A DNA stretch of 60,537 nucleotides from Eubacteriales bacterium (GCA_045124835.1 JBGVMO010000124.1:1-60537); one strand, 5' to 3'; positions 9,264 to 19,129 are shown, counted from the first letter of the stretch. The notes: generated by a model not told the origin, from the letters alone. A program made the numbers and translations.

Positions 9264-9602
9264 TCAGTTCTTTTTGTACTTGTCCATTTCAAGCAGAATG
9301 CGGTAAATATGCTCTTGCTCCTCTGCCGTTTTGCCCAAAAGAAATTCATAGCACGCAAGGGGAATGCTCTCTGCCTCGTTTTGCTGCGCACCCAGATTTT
9401 CAAACAGGGTTGACAGAGAAATACGCAGGGCTACGGCAATTTTTTCTATACTTTCGATGGTGGCGTTTTTCTCGCCGCGTTCCAGCTGACCGATGTACGT
9501 GTGATGACAGCCCGAAAGCTCTGCCAGCTTTTCTTGGCTCAAGCCCTTGGATGTTCTGTAATGTCGGATGCGTTGCCCTAAGACCTTTGCAATATCGCTC
9601 AT
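9264..9602 (-). CDS. XRE-family helix-turn-helix transcriptional regulator
   Basis: IRHYRTSKGLSQEKLAELSGCHHTYIGQLERGEKNATIESIEKIAVAL is a canonical Cro/C1 HTH. 112 aa. Confidence 0.85.
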   Translation of the reverse strand: MSDIAKVLGQRIRHYRTSKGLSQEKLAELSGCHHTYIGQLERGEKNATIESIEKIAVALRISLSTLFENLGAQQNEAESIPLACYEFLLGKTAEEQEHIYRILLEMDKYKKN

Positions 9603-9665
9603 ATCAATCCCTCCTTTTTTGCTAAATATAGTCTATAAATATTCAAATGAAAATTCCACAGACCA

Positions 9666-9694
9666 TTGATATTTTTTCTTTAAAATGATATACT
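9666..9694 (+). promoter_or_regulatory. sigma-A type promoter with extended -10 (TTGATA-17-TGaTATACT)
   Basis: TTGATA at 9666-9671 and TATACT at 9689-9694, with TG at 9686-9687. It sits upstream of the SLOG gene. Confidence 0.5.
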
Positions 9695-9751
9695 ATAAAT
9701 ATTAAAAAACGGTTTTTTGTGCTTATAGTAATTAAAATGAGGGCGATGTGT

Positions 9752-10225
9752 ATGCATATTTTTACAGTTTCTCTTTTTGGGCATCGGGAAATTGACGATT
9801 TACGGCAGCTGGAAAGCAGGCTTTATCCCGCAGTGAAAGCGCTCATACAAGCAAAGCAGTACGTAACCTTTCTGATTGGGCGCAACGGCGAATTTGACGA
9901 ATTTGCCGCATCGGTTATCAAGCAGGCACAAAAGGAAAGCGGAAAAGAGAACAGTGAAATTGCTTTGGTGCTTCCGTACACGGTTGCAGGGCTTGCATAT
10001 TACGAAAGATATTATGATGACATTATCATTCCCGACAGCGTAAACAGGGTACACCCCAAGGCCGCTATTACGGTAAAAAATCGATGGATGATTGAGCAAT
10101 CCGACCTGATATTTTTTTATTTGGAGCGTAACAAGGGCGGTGCTTATGCGGCAAAGCGCTATGCCGAAAGGCTGAAAAAAACGGTTGTCAATCTGTACGA
10201 GGGTGAGCCCCTTTTGGCGTTTTGA
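9752..10225 (+). CDS. SLOG-superfamily / DUF1273 (YpsA-like) protein
   Basis: MHIFTVSLFGHREI...FLIGRNGEFDEFAASVI...VLPY...KNRWMIEQSDLIFFYLERNKGGAY parallels the YpsA layout (GxxGxE, later N-x-fm-x-SD, G near the end). The start is ambiguous (GTG 9719, ATG 9737 or ATG 9752). I chose 9752 because GAGG lies 9 nt upstream. Confidence 0.55.
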   Translation: MHIFTVSLFGHREIDDLRQLESRLYPAVKALIQAKQYVTFLIGRNGEFDEFAASVIKQAQKESGKENSEIALVLPYTVAGLAYYERYYDDIIIPDSVNRVHPKAAITVKNRWMIEQSDLIFFYLERNKGGAYAAKRYAERLKKTVVNLYEGEPLLAF

Positions 10226-10323
10226 TTGGTAAAAGGGGCAAGGTGCGCGTGCGCCCTCGGGCGACAAAGGAGGGAGAACGTATGGGAACGAGCAAAAAGC
10301 TTGCAAAATTTCGGCGAAAGGGA

Positions 10324-10352
10324 TTGCAATTTTCGCCATTTTGTGATACAAT
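10324..10352 (+). promoter_or_regulatory. sigma-A type promoter with extended -10 (TTGCAA-17-TGaTACAAT)
   Basis: TTGCAA at 10324-10329 and TACAAT at 10347-10352, ~50 nt upstream of the typA start. Confidence 0.55.
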
Positions 10353-10403
10353 AGCGAGGTTAAAGAAATCACAAGAAAAATCGTATTAAAAGAGGAAAAA
10401 GCA

Positions 10404-12245
10404 TTGAAAAGAACGGACTTAAGAAACGTTGCTATTATCGCCCACGTTGACCACGGTAAGACCACCTTGGTTGACGAGATGCTTCGTCAGGGCGGTATTT
10501 ACCGCGAAAACCAAGCGACCGAGGAAAGAGTTATGGACTCCAACGACTTGGAAAAGGAGCGCGGCATAACCATTCTCGCCAAGAACACGGCCATACATTA
10601 CAAGGACGTGAAGATTAACGTCATCGACGCCCCCGGACACGCAGACTTCGGCGGCGAGGTGGAGCGTATTCTGAAGATGGTGAACGGCGTTATTCTGCTG
10701 GTGGACGCCGCAGAGGGCCCCATGCCCCAGACCCGCTTCGTTTTGGAGCGCGCCTTGGCAATGAATCACCGCGTTATCGTTGTCGTCAACAAGATTGATA
10801 AGCCCGATGCCCGTATTTACGAGGTTATCGACGAGGTTTTGGAGCTTTTAATCGACCTCAATGCAACGGACGAGCAGCTCGATTCTCCGATGCTCTTCTG
10901 CTCGGGTCGCGCCGGCACGGCGTCTCATTCCCCTGAGGTTGCGGGAGAAAATCTCGTTCCCCTGCTTGACACCATTTTAGACTATATTCCCGCGCCCGAG
11001 GGCGACGAGGAGGGCCCCCTGCAGATGCTCGTTTCCTCCATCGACTATAACGAGTACGTGGGCAGAATCGGCATTGGCCGTATTGAGCGCGGTGTTCTGA
11101 AGCAGAATCAGGAAATCAGCATTTGCAACTATCACGATAAGGATGCCGCCCCCAAGCGCGCCAAAATCGTTTCTATTTACCAGTTCGACGGCTTGACCCG
11201 CGTTCCTGTGACCGAGGCCAAGATGGGCGACATCGTTTGCTTCTCGGGCGCAGAAAACATCACCATCGGTGACACGGTTTGCGCGCCGCTTTGCGTTGAG
11301 CCCTTGGAGTTTGTCAAGGTTTCCGAGCCTACCCTTGAGATGACCTTCTCGGTCAACGATTCTCCCTTTGCGGGTACGGAGGGCAAGTACGTCACCTCGC
11401 GTCATTTGCGCGAAAGACTGTATAAGGAGCTGCTTCGCGACGTATCGCTTCGCGTGTACGACGGCGACACCACCGATTCCTTCAAGGTGGCAGGGCGCGG
11501 TGAGATGCACCTTTCCATTCTCATTGAAAATATGCGCCGCGAGGGATACGAGCTTTCCTGCTCGACGCCCCGCGTGCTTTACAAGACCATTGACGGCGTG
11601 AAGTGCGAGCCTATTGAGCGCGTGGAAATTGACGTGCCTGAGGAATATATGGGTAGCGTGATGGAAAAGCTCGGCTCCCGAAAGGGCGAGCTTCTTGATA
11701 TGCAGCTGCGCGGCAACCGTCAGCGCCTGATTTACACCATTCCCTCCAGATGCCTTTTCGGCTATCGCTCGGAGTTTATGACCGCCACCAGAGGCGAGGG
11801 TATTATGAATACCACCTTTGAGTGCTATGCGCCCTTCAAGGGTGAGGTGACCGTGCGCTTCACGGGCTCGCTCGTTGCCAGCGATACGGGAAAAACCACC
11901 TCCTACGGTCTTTATTACTCGCAGGATAGAGGCCCCCTCTTCGTTGGCCCCTCCACCCCCGTTTATGAGGGTATGATTGTCGGCGAAAACCCCAAGCCCG
12001 GCGACATTGCGGTGAACGTTTGCAAGGAAAAGCATCTGACGGCCGTTCGCTCCAAGGGCGCGGACGAGGCCTTGACGCTGATCACCCCCATTCAGAAGTC
12101 CTTGGAGGAGGCCATTGAGTTTATCGCGGAGGACGAGCTGATTGAGGTTACCCCCAAGAGCATCCGCTTGCGTAAGCAGATTCTCGACACCCCCACCAGA
12201 CTCAAGGCGCAGGCCGCCAAGCAGCGCGCGGCTAAGGCGCAGTAA
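10404..12245 (+). CDS. typA: translational GTPase TypA/BipA
   Basis: [33 protein letters not shown] and NKIDK motifs. 613 aa. TTG start after AAGAGGAAAAA. Confidence 0.93.
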   Translation: MKRTDLRNVAIIAHVDHGKTTLVDEMLRQGGIYRENQATEERVMDSNDLEKERGITILAKNTAIHYKDVKINVIDAPGHADFGGEVERILKMVNGVILLVDAAEGPMPQTRFVLERALAMNHRVIVVVNKIDKPDARIYEVIDEVLELLIDLNATDEQLDSPMLFCSGRAGTASHSPEVAGENLVPLLDTILDYIPAPEGDEEGPLQMLVSSIDYNEYVGRIGIGRIERGVLKQNQEISICNYHDKDAAPKRAKIVSIYQFDGLTRVPVTEAKMGDIVCFSGAENITIGDTVCAPLCVEPLEFVKVSEPTLEMTFSVNDSPFAGTEGKYVTSRHLRERLYKELLRDVSLRVYDGDTTDSFKVAGRGEMHLSILIENMRREGYELSCSTPRVLYKTIDGVKCEPIERVEIDVPEEYMGSVMEKLGSRKGELLDMQLRGNRQRLIYTIPSRCLFGYRSEFMTATRGEGIMNTTFECYAPFKGEVTVRFTGSLVASDTGKTTSYGLYYSQDRGPLFVGPSTPVYEGMIVGENPKPGDIAVNVCKEKHLTAVRSKGADEALTLITPIQKSLEEAIEFIAEDELIEVTPKSIRLRKQILDTPTRLKAQAAKQRAAKAQ

Positions 12246-12296
12246 AGGCCGCGCTTAGCCTTACGGCTAGCCAGAACGAAAGAAAGGAGCGCCCTT

Positions 12297-12779
12297 ATGG
12301 CAGCCTTATACGGAACGCTTCTCTCGGTTGGAGGCTTGAAGGAGGATTATCTCGTCAAGGCCCTCGCGGAATACAAAAAGCGCATTTGCGCGTATATGCG
12401 CATAGAGGAAATCGTCTTGAAGGAGGAAAAGCTTCAGGATGAGACACCCACCGCCGTTTCGGCGGCCTTAGAGGCAGAGGGCGAAAAAATCCTTGCGCAG
12501 ATACCCAAGGACGCCTACGTGATTGCACTTTGTGTGGAGGGCAAGGAGTTGGATTCGCCTGCGCTTGCCGAGAAAATTGCCGAGGCGGGCAGGCTTTCGG
12601 GCAAAATCTTCTTCGTTATCGGCTCTTCCTACGGGCTTTCGCCCAAGGTCAAGGCGCGCGCGGATTTCAAGCTTTCCGTTTCAAAGCTCACCTTCCCCCA
12701 TCAGCTGATGCGGGTGATTTTCAGCGAGGCGCTGTACCGTTCCCTGACGATTATAGCAGGGAAGAAATACCATAAGTGA
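12297..12779 (+). CDS. rlmH: 23S rRNA (pseudouridine1915-N3)-methyltransferase RlmH
   Basis: 160 aa with the SPOUT C-terminus FVIGSSYGLS...LSVSKLTFPHQLMRVIFSEALYRSLTIIAGKKYHK. Confidence 0.88.
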   Translation: MAALYGTLLSVGGLKEDYLVKALAEYKKRICAYMRIEEIVLKEEKLQDETPTAVSAALEAEGEKILAQIPKDAYVIALCVEGKELDSPALAEKIAEAGRLSGKIFFVIGSSYGLSPKVKARADFKLSVSKLTFPHQLMRVIFSEALYRSLTIIAGKKYHK

Positions 12780-12897
12780 ATACCGAAAAAAGCGGGCAGT
12801 CAAGGGTGCGAAGCTCCAAGTGGGGCGGCAAGCACCTGCTGTCCGCTTCCTTTTTCAAAAGCGGCTCTGCCAAAGAAAGATTTCCACGTAAAAAATA

Positions 12898-12926
12898 TTG
12901 ACTTTGCTTTGAAACAGTGCTATACT
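12898..12926 (+). promoter_or_regulatory. sigma-A type promoter with extended -10 (TTGACT-17-TGcTATACT)
   Basis: TTGACT at 12898-12903 and TATACT at 12921-12926. This leaves a leader of only ~45 nt before the metF ATG. Confidence 0.55.
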
Positions 12927-12972
12927 AAAATATGTATAACCATTTTTAAATTCCGCTTCGGAGGATGCGCGT

Positions 12973-13833
12973 ATGAAAATCATTGATGTTATAAAGGGTG
13001 ATAGGCCCAGCCTCTCCTTTGAGGTTTTTCCGCCCAAAACGGACGACGCCTTTGAGGGCGTTCTTGCGGCCGCAACCGAGATTGCCGCCCTGAAGCCCAG
13101 CTATATGAGCGTAACCTACGGCGCGGGAGGCGGCACCTCGCAGTACACGAAGGACGTTTGCACCGCCCTTTCTGCCCACGGCGTTCCCGCCTTGGCGCAT
13201 CTGACCTGCTATTCCTCGGACAAGGCGCGTATTCGCACCGAGCTTGACAGCCTGCGCGAAAAGGGGATAGAAAACGTGCTTGCCTTGCGCGGAGATAAGC
13301 CGCAGGGCTTTGACGAAAGCCGCGCTTCTTACCGTCACGCAAGCGATTTGGCGGAGGAAATTCGCGCATACGGCGGCTTTTGCATCGGCGGCGCCTGCTA
13401 TCCTGAGGGACATCCCGAAAGCGAAAGCTTCAGGGCCGATATGGAGGGGCTTCGTCGCAAGGTAGATGCAGGCTGTGAGTTTTTAACCACCCAGATGTTT
13501 TTTGATAACGATATTCTCTATAATTTTCTCTATCACCTTGGCCGTGTGGGCATTGACGTTCCCGTTGTGGCAGGTATTATGCCCGTGACCAACGCCGCGC
13601 AAATCAAGCGCATTTGCGCGCTTTCCTCCTCGGCAATGCCAAGGCGCTTTATCCGCATCGTTGACCGTTACGGCGACAACCCCTTGGCCATGAAGCAGGC
13701 GGGCATCGCCTTTGCCACCGAGCAGATAATTGACCTTTACGCCAACGGCATCAACGCGGTGCACGTGTATTCGATGAACAAGCCCGACGTTGCCGCGGAA
13801 ATACAAAGAAACGTTTCGGAGATAATCAAATGA
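12973..13833 (+). CDS. metF: methylenetetrahydrofolate reductase
   Basis: LSFEVFPPKTDDA...SVTYGAGGGT...HLTC...LALRGD pattern. 286 aa. Confidence 0.9.
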   Translation: MKIIDVIKGDRPSLSFEVFPPKTDDAFEGVLAAATEIAALKPSYMSVTYGAGGGTSQYTKDVCTALSAHGVPALAHLTCYSSDKARIRTELDSLREKGIENVLALRGDKPQGFDESRASYRHASDLAEEIRAYGGFCIGGACYPEGHPESESFRADMEGLRRKVDAGCEFLTTQMFFDNDILYNFLYHLGRVGIDVPVVAGIMPVTNAAQIKRICALSSSAMPRRFIRIVDRYGDNPLAMKQAGIAFATEQIIDLYANGINAVHVYSMNKPDVAAEIQRNVSEIIK

Positions 13834-14420
13834 CGCCCTCGGCGCTCTTTTACGGGAAATTGCCCTCTGCCGAGCTTGTGCTTGACGGCGCGGAGCTTGC
13901 CGCGCGGCTGAAAATGAAGCGGGAGGCGGCTCTGTCCCTCTCTGCCGACTATGAAGGCGCGCTTCGCGCGGCGCTCGACGCCGGGTACGTTGGAATGCGA
14001 ACCCCCTTTTTGCTTACGGAGGGGAAGACGGTGGATTTTGGCTTTGCCGCCTTTGAAAGCCGAGACCTTTGCCGTCATCTGTCGGGCTGTAAGGAGGCGC
14101 TTTTGCTTTGCGTCACGCTGGGCTTCGGGGTTGACAGGCTTTTACAGCGCGCCGCCGTGCGCGCGGCGTCGGAGCAGTTCGTGCTTGACGCGTACGCTTC
14201 GGCCTTTGCCGAGGCGGCGCTGAGTCTTGCTCTGCGAAAGACCGCCGAGGGCGCGAGCCTGACGCTCGGCTTCGGCGTTGGCTACGGGGATTTTCCCCTG
14301 ACGGCGCAAGCGCCCCTGCTTGCCGCCTTAAAGGCGAGAGAGCGGCTTTCCGTTTCACTCACCAAGACGCTCTTAATGAGCCCAAGCAAAACCATTACCG
14401 CCGTTTTCGGCGTCAGATAA
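13830..14420 (+). CDS. stand-alone MetH activation (SAM-binding/reactivation) domain protein
   Basis: 196 aa. Its ATG overlaps the metF stop (ATGA at 13830-13833). It sits between metF and a MetH that lacks the activation domain. GFGVGYGDFPL...LL resembles the activation-domain core. Confidence 0.65.
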   Translation: MTPSALFYGKLPSAELVLDGAELAARLKMKREAALSLSADYEGALRAALDAGYVGMRTPFLLTEGKTVDFGFAAFESRDLCRHLSGCKEALLLCVTLGFGVDRLLQRAAVRAASEQFVLDAYASAFAEAALSLALRKTAEGASLTLGFGVGYGDFPLTAQAPLLAALKARERLSVSLTKTLLMSPSKTITAVFGVR

Positions 14421-14453
14421 TCAAAATTGCGCTTTGCAAGGAAAGGAAATGCG

Positions 14454-16817
14454 ATGAAGGACGTTTTATCTCATATAAGAAGCCGACGCACCTATTTTGA
14501 CGGTGGCTTCGGCACGCTTTTGCAGGCAGCAGGGCTTCCTGCGGGAACGCCGCCTGAGCTTTGGAACCTCACGAAGCGCGAGGAGGTAACGGCGATACAC
14601 CGCGCGTATTTAGAAGCGGGAAGCCATATTATCACCACCAACACCTTCGGGGTCAACCGCGACAAATACGAAAATTACGAGGACATCATCGAGGCCGCCG
14701 TTTTAGCGGCCAAGGAGGCCGTTGGCGAAAGAGAGGATGCCTTTATCGCCTTCGATATGGGCCCGACGGGCAGAATGACAGAGCCGCTTGGCGACCTTTC
14801 CTTTGAGGAGGCGGTCTCCATTTACGCCGATTCCGTCAGGGTGGCTTCCCGTCTTGGCGTTGATCTCATTCTCATTGAAACGATGAACGATGCCTACGAG
14901 ACCAAGGCCGCCGTTATTGCCGCCAAGGAAAACAGCAGTCTTCCCGTTTTTGTTACCAACGCCTACGATGAAGGCGGCAAGCTGATGACGGGTGCGGACA
15001 TTCCCGCGATGGTGGCAATGCTTGAGGGCTTGGGCGTGGATGCTATCGGTATGAATTGCTCCTTCGGCCCCGATGTGATGTGCGCGCATATGGATGCTTT
15101 CGCGCGCTACGCCTCCTTGCCCATTATCGCGAACCCGAACGCAGGGCTTCCCCGCGTTAAAAACGGCAAAACCGTCTACGATATTTCGCCCGATGCCTTT
15201 GCCGACTATATGCGCGCCTTGGCAGAGAAGGGCGCAACGGTGCTTGGCGGCTGCTGCGGCACAACGCCGCTTTACATTGAAAAAACGGTGGCGGCAACCA
15301 AGGCGCTTCCTTACGCGCTTCCCACCTACAAGGAGGACACGCTCGTTTCCTCCTATACCCACGCCGTTGTGGCAGACGGCCGCCCTCTTTTGATAGGCGA
15401 GCGCATCAATCCCACGGGAAAGCCGCGCTTGAAGGAGGCCTTACGCAGTAAGGACGTGGATTACGTGCTTGGCGAGGCCATTCGCCAGGTGGAGCTTGGC
15501 GCACATATTCTTGACGTCAACGTTGGCCTGCCCGATATAGACGAAGCGGAGCTTATGCTCGCCTTAGTCAAGGCGATACAGACGGTGGTTGACACTCCCT
15601 TGCAGCTCGATTCCTCCTCGCCTGCCGTTTTGGAGGGGGCAATGCGCGCCTATAACGGAAAGCCGCTTATCAATTCGGTCAACGGCGAAGAGGCGCATAT
15701 GCACGCGCTATTTCCCTTGGTGAAAAAATACGGCGGCACCGTTATTGCCTTAACGATGGACGAAGGCGGTATTCCCCAAACGGCAGAGGAGCGCGTTGCT
15801 ATTGCCGAAAAAATCGCCGCCGTTGCCGCGGAATACGGCATCGGAAAAAAGGATTTGGTGGTTGACCCGCTTTGTATGACCGTTTCCTCGGATAGTCAAA
15901 GCGCGATGACCACCTTAAAGGCGGTGGAGCTTTTAAAGGCGAAGGGCTTTTGCGTCAGCCTTGGCGTTTCCAACGTCTCCTTCGGGCTTCCCGCCCGCGA
16001 GAAAATCAATGCCTGCTTCTTCACATCGGCCTTGGAAAAGGGCTTGGATTTTGCCATTATGAATCCCGCATCCTCGGGAATGATGGATGTCTATCACGCC
16101 TTTATGGCGCTTCACGGGCTTGACCCTGCCTGCCTTTCCTACATTGCGTACGCCTCGGCAACAGCCGAGGAAAAAAAGGCAGAGCGTGAGCTGCCCCTTT
16201 CCTGCCGCGAGGCTGTTATCAAGGGCTTGAAGGACAAGGCGGAGGCCTTGGCGCTTTCGCTTTTAAAGGAAAAAGAGCCCCTTGCCGTGATAGACGGAGA
16301 AATCATTCCTGCCTTGAACGAGGTTGGCAGGCGCTTTGAGGAAAAGACCCTGTATTTGCCCCAGCTTTTGATGAGTGCCGAGGCGGCAAGCGCCGTTTTT
16401 GAGGTCTTGAAGCCGTATATGGCGAAAAAGACGGAGGAAACGGGACGGGGCGTTATCCTCGCCACCGTCAAGGGCGATATGCACGATATCGGCAAAAACA
16501 TCGTCAAGGTCTTGCTTGAAAGCTACGGCTTTACGGTGTACGATTTAGGAAAGGACGTCTCGCCCGAGGCGGTGCTTTCCGCCGTTTTGGAAACGGGCTG
16601 TCGCCTTGTCGGTCTTTCGGCGCTGATGACGACAACCGTGCCCGAAATGGAGAAAACGGTTGCGCTTTTGAAGGCAGAGAAAACGGGGGCAACGGTGATG
16701 GTTGGCGGCGCGGTGATGAACGAGGAATACGCGCGGCTTATCGGAGCCGATGGCTATGCGCCCGACGCAATGGGCGCGGTGCGCTTTGCCCGTGAATATT
16801 ACGAGGGAAAGAGATAA
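14454..16817 (+). CDS. metH: methionine synthase core (Hcy-methyltransferase + pterin-binding + B12-binding domains)
   Basis: Start trimmed to ATG 14454 (MKDVLSHI...) after GGAAAGGAAA. It has GGCCGTTP (Hcy domain), a pterin-binding region and the cobalamin DxHxxG motif as GDMHDIGKN. Confidence 0.9.
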   Translation: MKDVLSHIRSRRTYFDGGFGTLLQAAGLPAGTPPELWNLTKREEVTAIHRAYLEAGSHIITTNTFGVNRDKYENYEDIIEAAVLAAKEAVGEREDAFIAFDMGPTGRMTEPLGDLSFEEAVSIYADSVRVASRLGVDLILIETMNDAYETKAAVIAAKENSSLPVFVTNAYDEGGKLMTGADIPAMVAMLEGLGVDAIGMNCSFGPDVMCAHMDAFARYASLPIIANPNAGLPRVKNGKTVYDISPDAFADYMRALAEKGATVLGGCCGTTPLYIEKTVAATKALPYALPTYKEDTLVSSYTHAVVADGRPLLIGERINPTGKPRLKEALRSKDVDYVLGEAIRQVELGAHILDVNVGLPDIDEAELMLALVKAIQTVVDTPLQLDSSSPAVLEGAMRAYNGKPLINSVNGEEAHMHALFPLVKKYGGTVIALTMDEGGIPQTAEERVAIAEKIAAVAAEYGIGKKDLVVDPLCMTVSSDSQSAMTTLKAVELLKAKGFCVSLGVSNVSFGLPAREKINACFFTSALEKGLDFAIMNPASSGMMDVYHAFMALHGLDPACLSYIAYASATAEEKKAERELPLSCREAVIKGLKDKAEALALSLLKEKEPLAVIDGEIIPALNEVGRRFEEKTLYLPQLLMSAEAASAVFEVLKPYMAKKTEETGRGVILATVKGDMHDIGKNIVKVLLESYGFTVYDLGKDVSPEAVLSAVLETGCRLVGLSALMTTTVPEMEKTVALLKAEKTGATVMVGGAVMNEEYARLIGADGYAPDAMGAVRFAREYYEGKR

Positions 16818-16851
16818 GGCTCTTTCCAAACGAGAAAAAACAGAGGTAATT

Positions 16852-17706
16852 ATGTATCGTATTGTCAGAAAAAAGGCTTTGAATCCTACTGTTGTGCAAA
16901 TGGAAATCGAAGCACCCCTCGTTGCCAACAAGGCAAAGGCAGGGCAGTTTATCATTTTGCGCGTCAATGAAGAGGGGGAAAGAATCCCCTTGACCGTTGC
17001 GGGCGTTTGTCGCGAGGAGGGAACGGTAAAAATTATCTTCCAGCTTGTCGGCGCAACAACGGCTCAGCTTGGCGCGATGGAGGAGGGCGAATCCATCGCC
17101 GACTTCGTGGGTCCCTTGGGCGTTCCCACCGAAACGGAGGGTATCTCCCGCGTTTGCGTGGTTGGCGGCGGCGTTGGCTGCGCCATTGCGCTTCCCGTTG
17201 CCGAGGAATTTCATCGCCTTGGCGCCTCCGTCACCTCCATTATCGGCTTCCGCAACCGCGACCTTTTAATTTTGGAGGATGAGTTTTCGGCCGTTTCGGA
17301 TAGCCTTACGGTGATGACGGATGACGGAAGCTACGGAGAAAAGGGCAACGTGACGATGCCCTTGAAGACGCTCTTGGAAAAGGGCGAAAAATTTGACCGC
17401 ATCATCACCATCGGGCCCCTTGTCATGATGAAGTTCGTGGTGGAGGCGGCGCGCCCCTTCGGCGTTCCCGTCACCGTGTCGATGAACCCCATTATGATTG
17501 ACGGCACGGGAATGTGCGGCGGCTGTCGGCTGACGCTTTTGCGCGACGGCAAGAAAATCACCAAATTTGCCTGTGTTGACGGCCCTGATTTTGACGGCTA
17601 CGAGGTGGATTTTGACGATGCGATGTCCCGCGGTGCGATGTATCGCTCCTTTGAGCGTCACGCCTACGAGGACACCTGCAATCTGCTTAAGAAGGGAGAA
17701 GCGTAA
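16852..17706 (+). CDS. nfnA: PyrK-like FAD/NAD-binding iron-sulfur protein, NfnA-type
   Basis: Start trimmed to ATG 16852 (MYRIVRKKALN...). It has RIPLTVAG, GGGVGCAIALP and the C-terminal cluster DGTGMCGGCR...FACVDGPDF. Confidence 0.75.
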   Translation: MYRIVRKKALNPTVVQMEIEAPLVANKAKAGQFIILRVNEEGERIPLTVAGVCREEGTVKIIFQLVGATTAQLGAMEEGESIADFVGPLGVPTETEGISRVCVVGGGVGCAIALPVAEEFHRLGASVTSIIGFRNRDLLILEDEFSAVSDSLTVMTDDGSYGEKGNVTMPLKTLLEKGEKFDRIITIGPLVMMKFVVEAARPFGVPVTVSMNPIMIDGTGMCGGCRLTLLRDGKKITKFACVDGPDFDGYEVDFDDAMSRGAMYRSFERHAYEDTCNLLKKGEA

Positions 17707-17707
17707 A

Positions 17708-19129
17708 ATGGCGATTGTTCCGAAAAAGCATGAAATGCCCACCCAAGATCCATGTCTTCGCGCGCACAACTTTGACGAGGTTGCCTTGGGCTACACCGAG
17801 GAGATGGCCGTTGCCGAGGCTTCGCGCTGTCTGAACTGCAAGAACGCGCCCTGTGTGACGGGATGCCCTGTGAACGTCAATATTCCGAAATTCCTTTCCC
17901 ACGTAAAAGAGGGCGAATTTGAAGAGGCGTATAGGGTTATCAGCCTTTCCTCCTCTCTGCCTGCCGTTTGCGGCCGCGTTTGTCCGCAGGAAACCCAATG
18001 CGAATGCAAATGCACCCTTGGCATTAAGTTTGAGCCTGTCGGCATCGGCCGCGTGGAAAGATACGTGGCAGACAGGCACAACGAAACGTGCAAGGAAAAG
18101 CCCGAAAGACCCATCCCGAACGGCCATCGCGTTGCCGTTGTCGGCTCGGGCCCTGCGGGGCTTACCTGTGCCGGCGACCTTGCGCGGCTTGGCTATGCGG
18201 TGACGGTTTACGAGGCCTTACATACCGCCGGCGGCGTTTTGGTGTACGGCATTCCCGAATTTCGTCTGCCCAAGGCCATCGTGGCCAAGGAGGTAGAGGG
18301 CTTGAAGGCGCTTGGCGTTTCGCTTGAAACCAACGTGGTTATCGGCAAGACCCTTTTGATTGACGAGCTTTTCGAGATGGGCTTTAAGGCCGTCTTTATC
18401 GGATCGGGCGCGGGGCTTCCCAATTTTATGAATATCCCCGGTGAATCCTATAAGGGCGTTTACTCCGCCAACGAGTTTTTGACCAGAAGCAATCTGATGA
18501 AGGCTTATCGGGAGGATGCCGCAACCCCCATTATGAAGGGCGGCAAGGTAGCCGTTGTCGGCGGCGGAAACGTGGCGATGGATGCCGCAAGAACGGCGCT
18601 TCGTCTTGGCGCTGAAAAGGTGTATATCGTTTACCGTCGCTCTATGGAGGAGCTTCCCGCAAGGCGCGAGGAGGTTGAGCACGCCGAAGAGGAGGGCATC
18701 GAATTCCGTCTGCTTTGCAATCCCGTTGAGATTCTCGGCTATCACAACCCCGAAAATCCGCGCGACGAGAGAAACGGCTTTGTAACGGGAATGAGGTGCG
18801 TCAGAATGGCGCTTGGCGAGCCGGACGAAAAGGGCCGCCGCCGTCCCGTCGTGATTGAAAACAGCGAATTTCTTTTGGAGGTTGACACGGTCATTATGGC
18901 CATCGGCACCTCCCCCAATCCCCTCATCAAGAATACCACAAAGGGCCTTGAAACGAAGACGTGGGGCGGTATCGTGGTGGAGGAGGAAACGGGACTTACC
19001 TCTCGACCCGCCGTTTTTGCGGGGGGAGACGCTGTCACGGGTGCTGCCACCGTTATCTCTGCCATGGGTGCAGGCAAAACGGCCGCCAAGGCCATCGATG
19101 CGCTTTTGCAGAACAAGAGCGAGGCGTGA
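17708..19129 (+). CDS. nfnB: NADPH-dependent glutamate-synthase-small-subunit-like oxidoreductase, NfnB-type
   Basis: ATG at 17708, 1 nt after the nfnA stop. It has CLNCKNAPCVTGCP and CGRVCPQETQCECKC Fe-S motifs, plus VVGSGPAGL and VVGGGNVAMD dinucleotide motifs. Confidence 0.8.
   Translation: MAIVPKKHEMPTQDPCLRAHNFDEVALGYTEEMAVAEASRCLNCKNAPCVTGCPVNVNIPKFLSHVKEGEFEEAYRVISLSSSLPAVCGRVCPQETQCECKCTLGIKFEPVGIGRVERYVADRHNETCKEKPERPIPNGHRVAVVGSGPAGLTCAGDLARLGYAVTVYEALHTAGGVLVYGIPEFRLPKAIVAKEVEGLKALGVSLETNVVIGKTLLIDELFEMGFKAVFIGSGAGLPNFMNIPGESYKGVYSANEFLTRSNLMKAYREDAATPIMKGGKVAVVGGGNVAMDAARTALRLGAEKVYIVYRRSMEELPARREEVEHAEEEGIEFRLLCNPVEILGYHNPENPRDERNGFVTGMRCVRMALGEPDEKGRRRPVVIENSEFLLEVDTVIMAIGTSPNPLIKNTTKGLETKTWGGIVVEEETGLTSRPAVFAGGDAVTGAATVISAMGAGKTAAKAIDALLQNKSEA

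Noticed and set aside
7915-9625. 423-aa minus ORF, plus Arg/Pro-rich ORFs at 8711-9403 (-) and 8861-9625 (+)
   Set aside because: They are off-frame or antisense readings of the 715-aa gene that run through the terminator and the XRE gene. Their Arg/Pro/Ser-rich strings are implausible as proteins.
10977-12035. 352-aa minus-strand ORF
   Set aside because: It is antisense to typA.
12780-12972. SAM (S-box) or T-box riboswitch upstream of metF
   Set aside because: The region contains the rlmH terminator, a promoter and a leader of only ~45 nt, which is far too short. I saw no conserved S-box helices.
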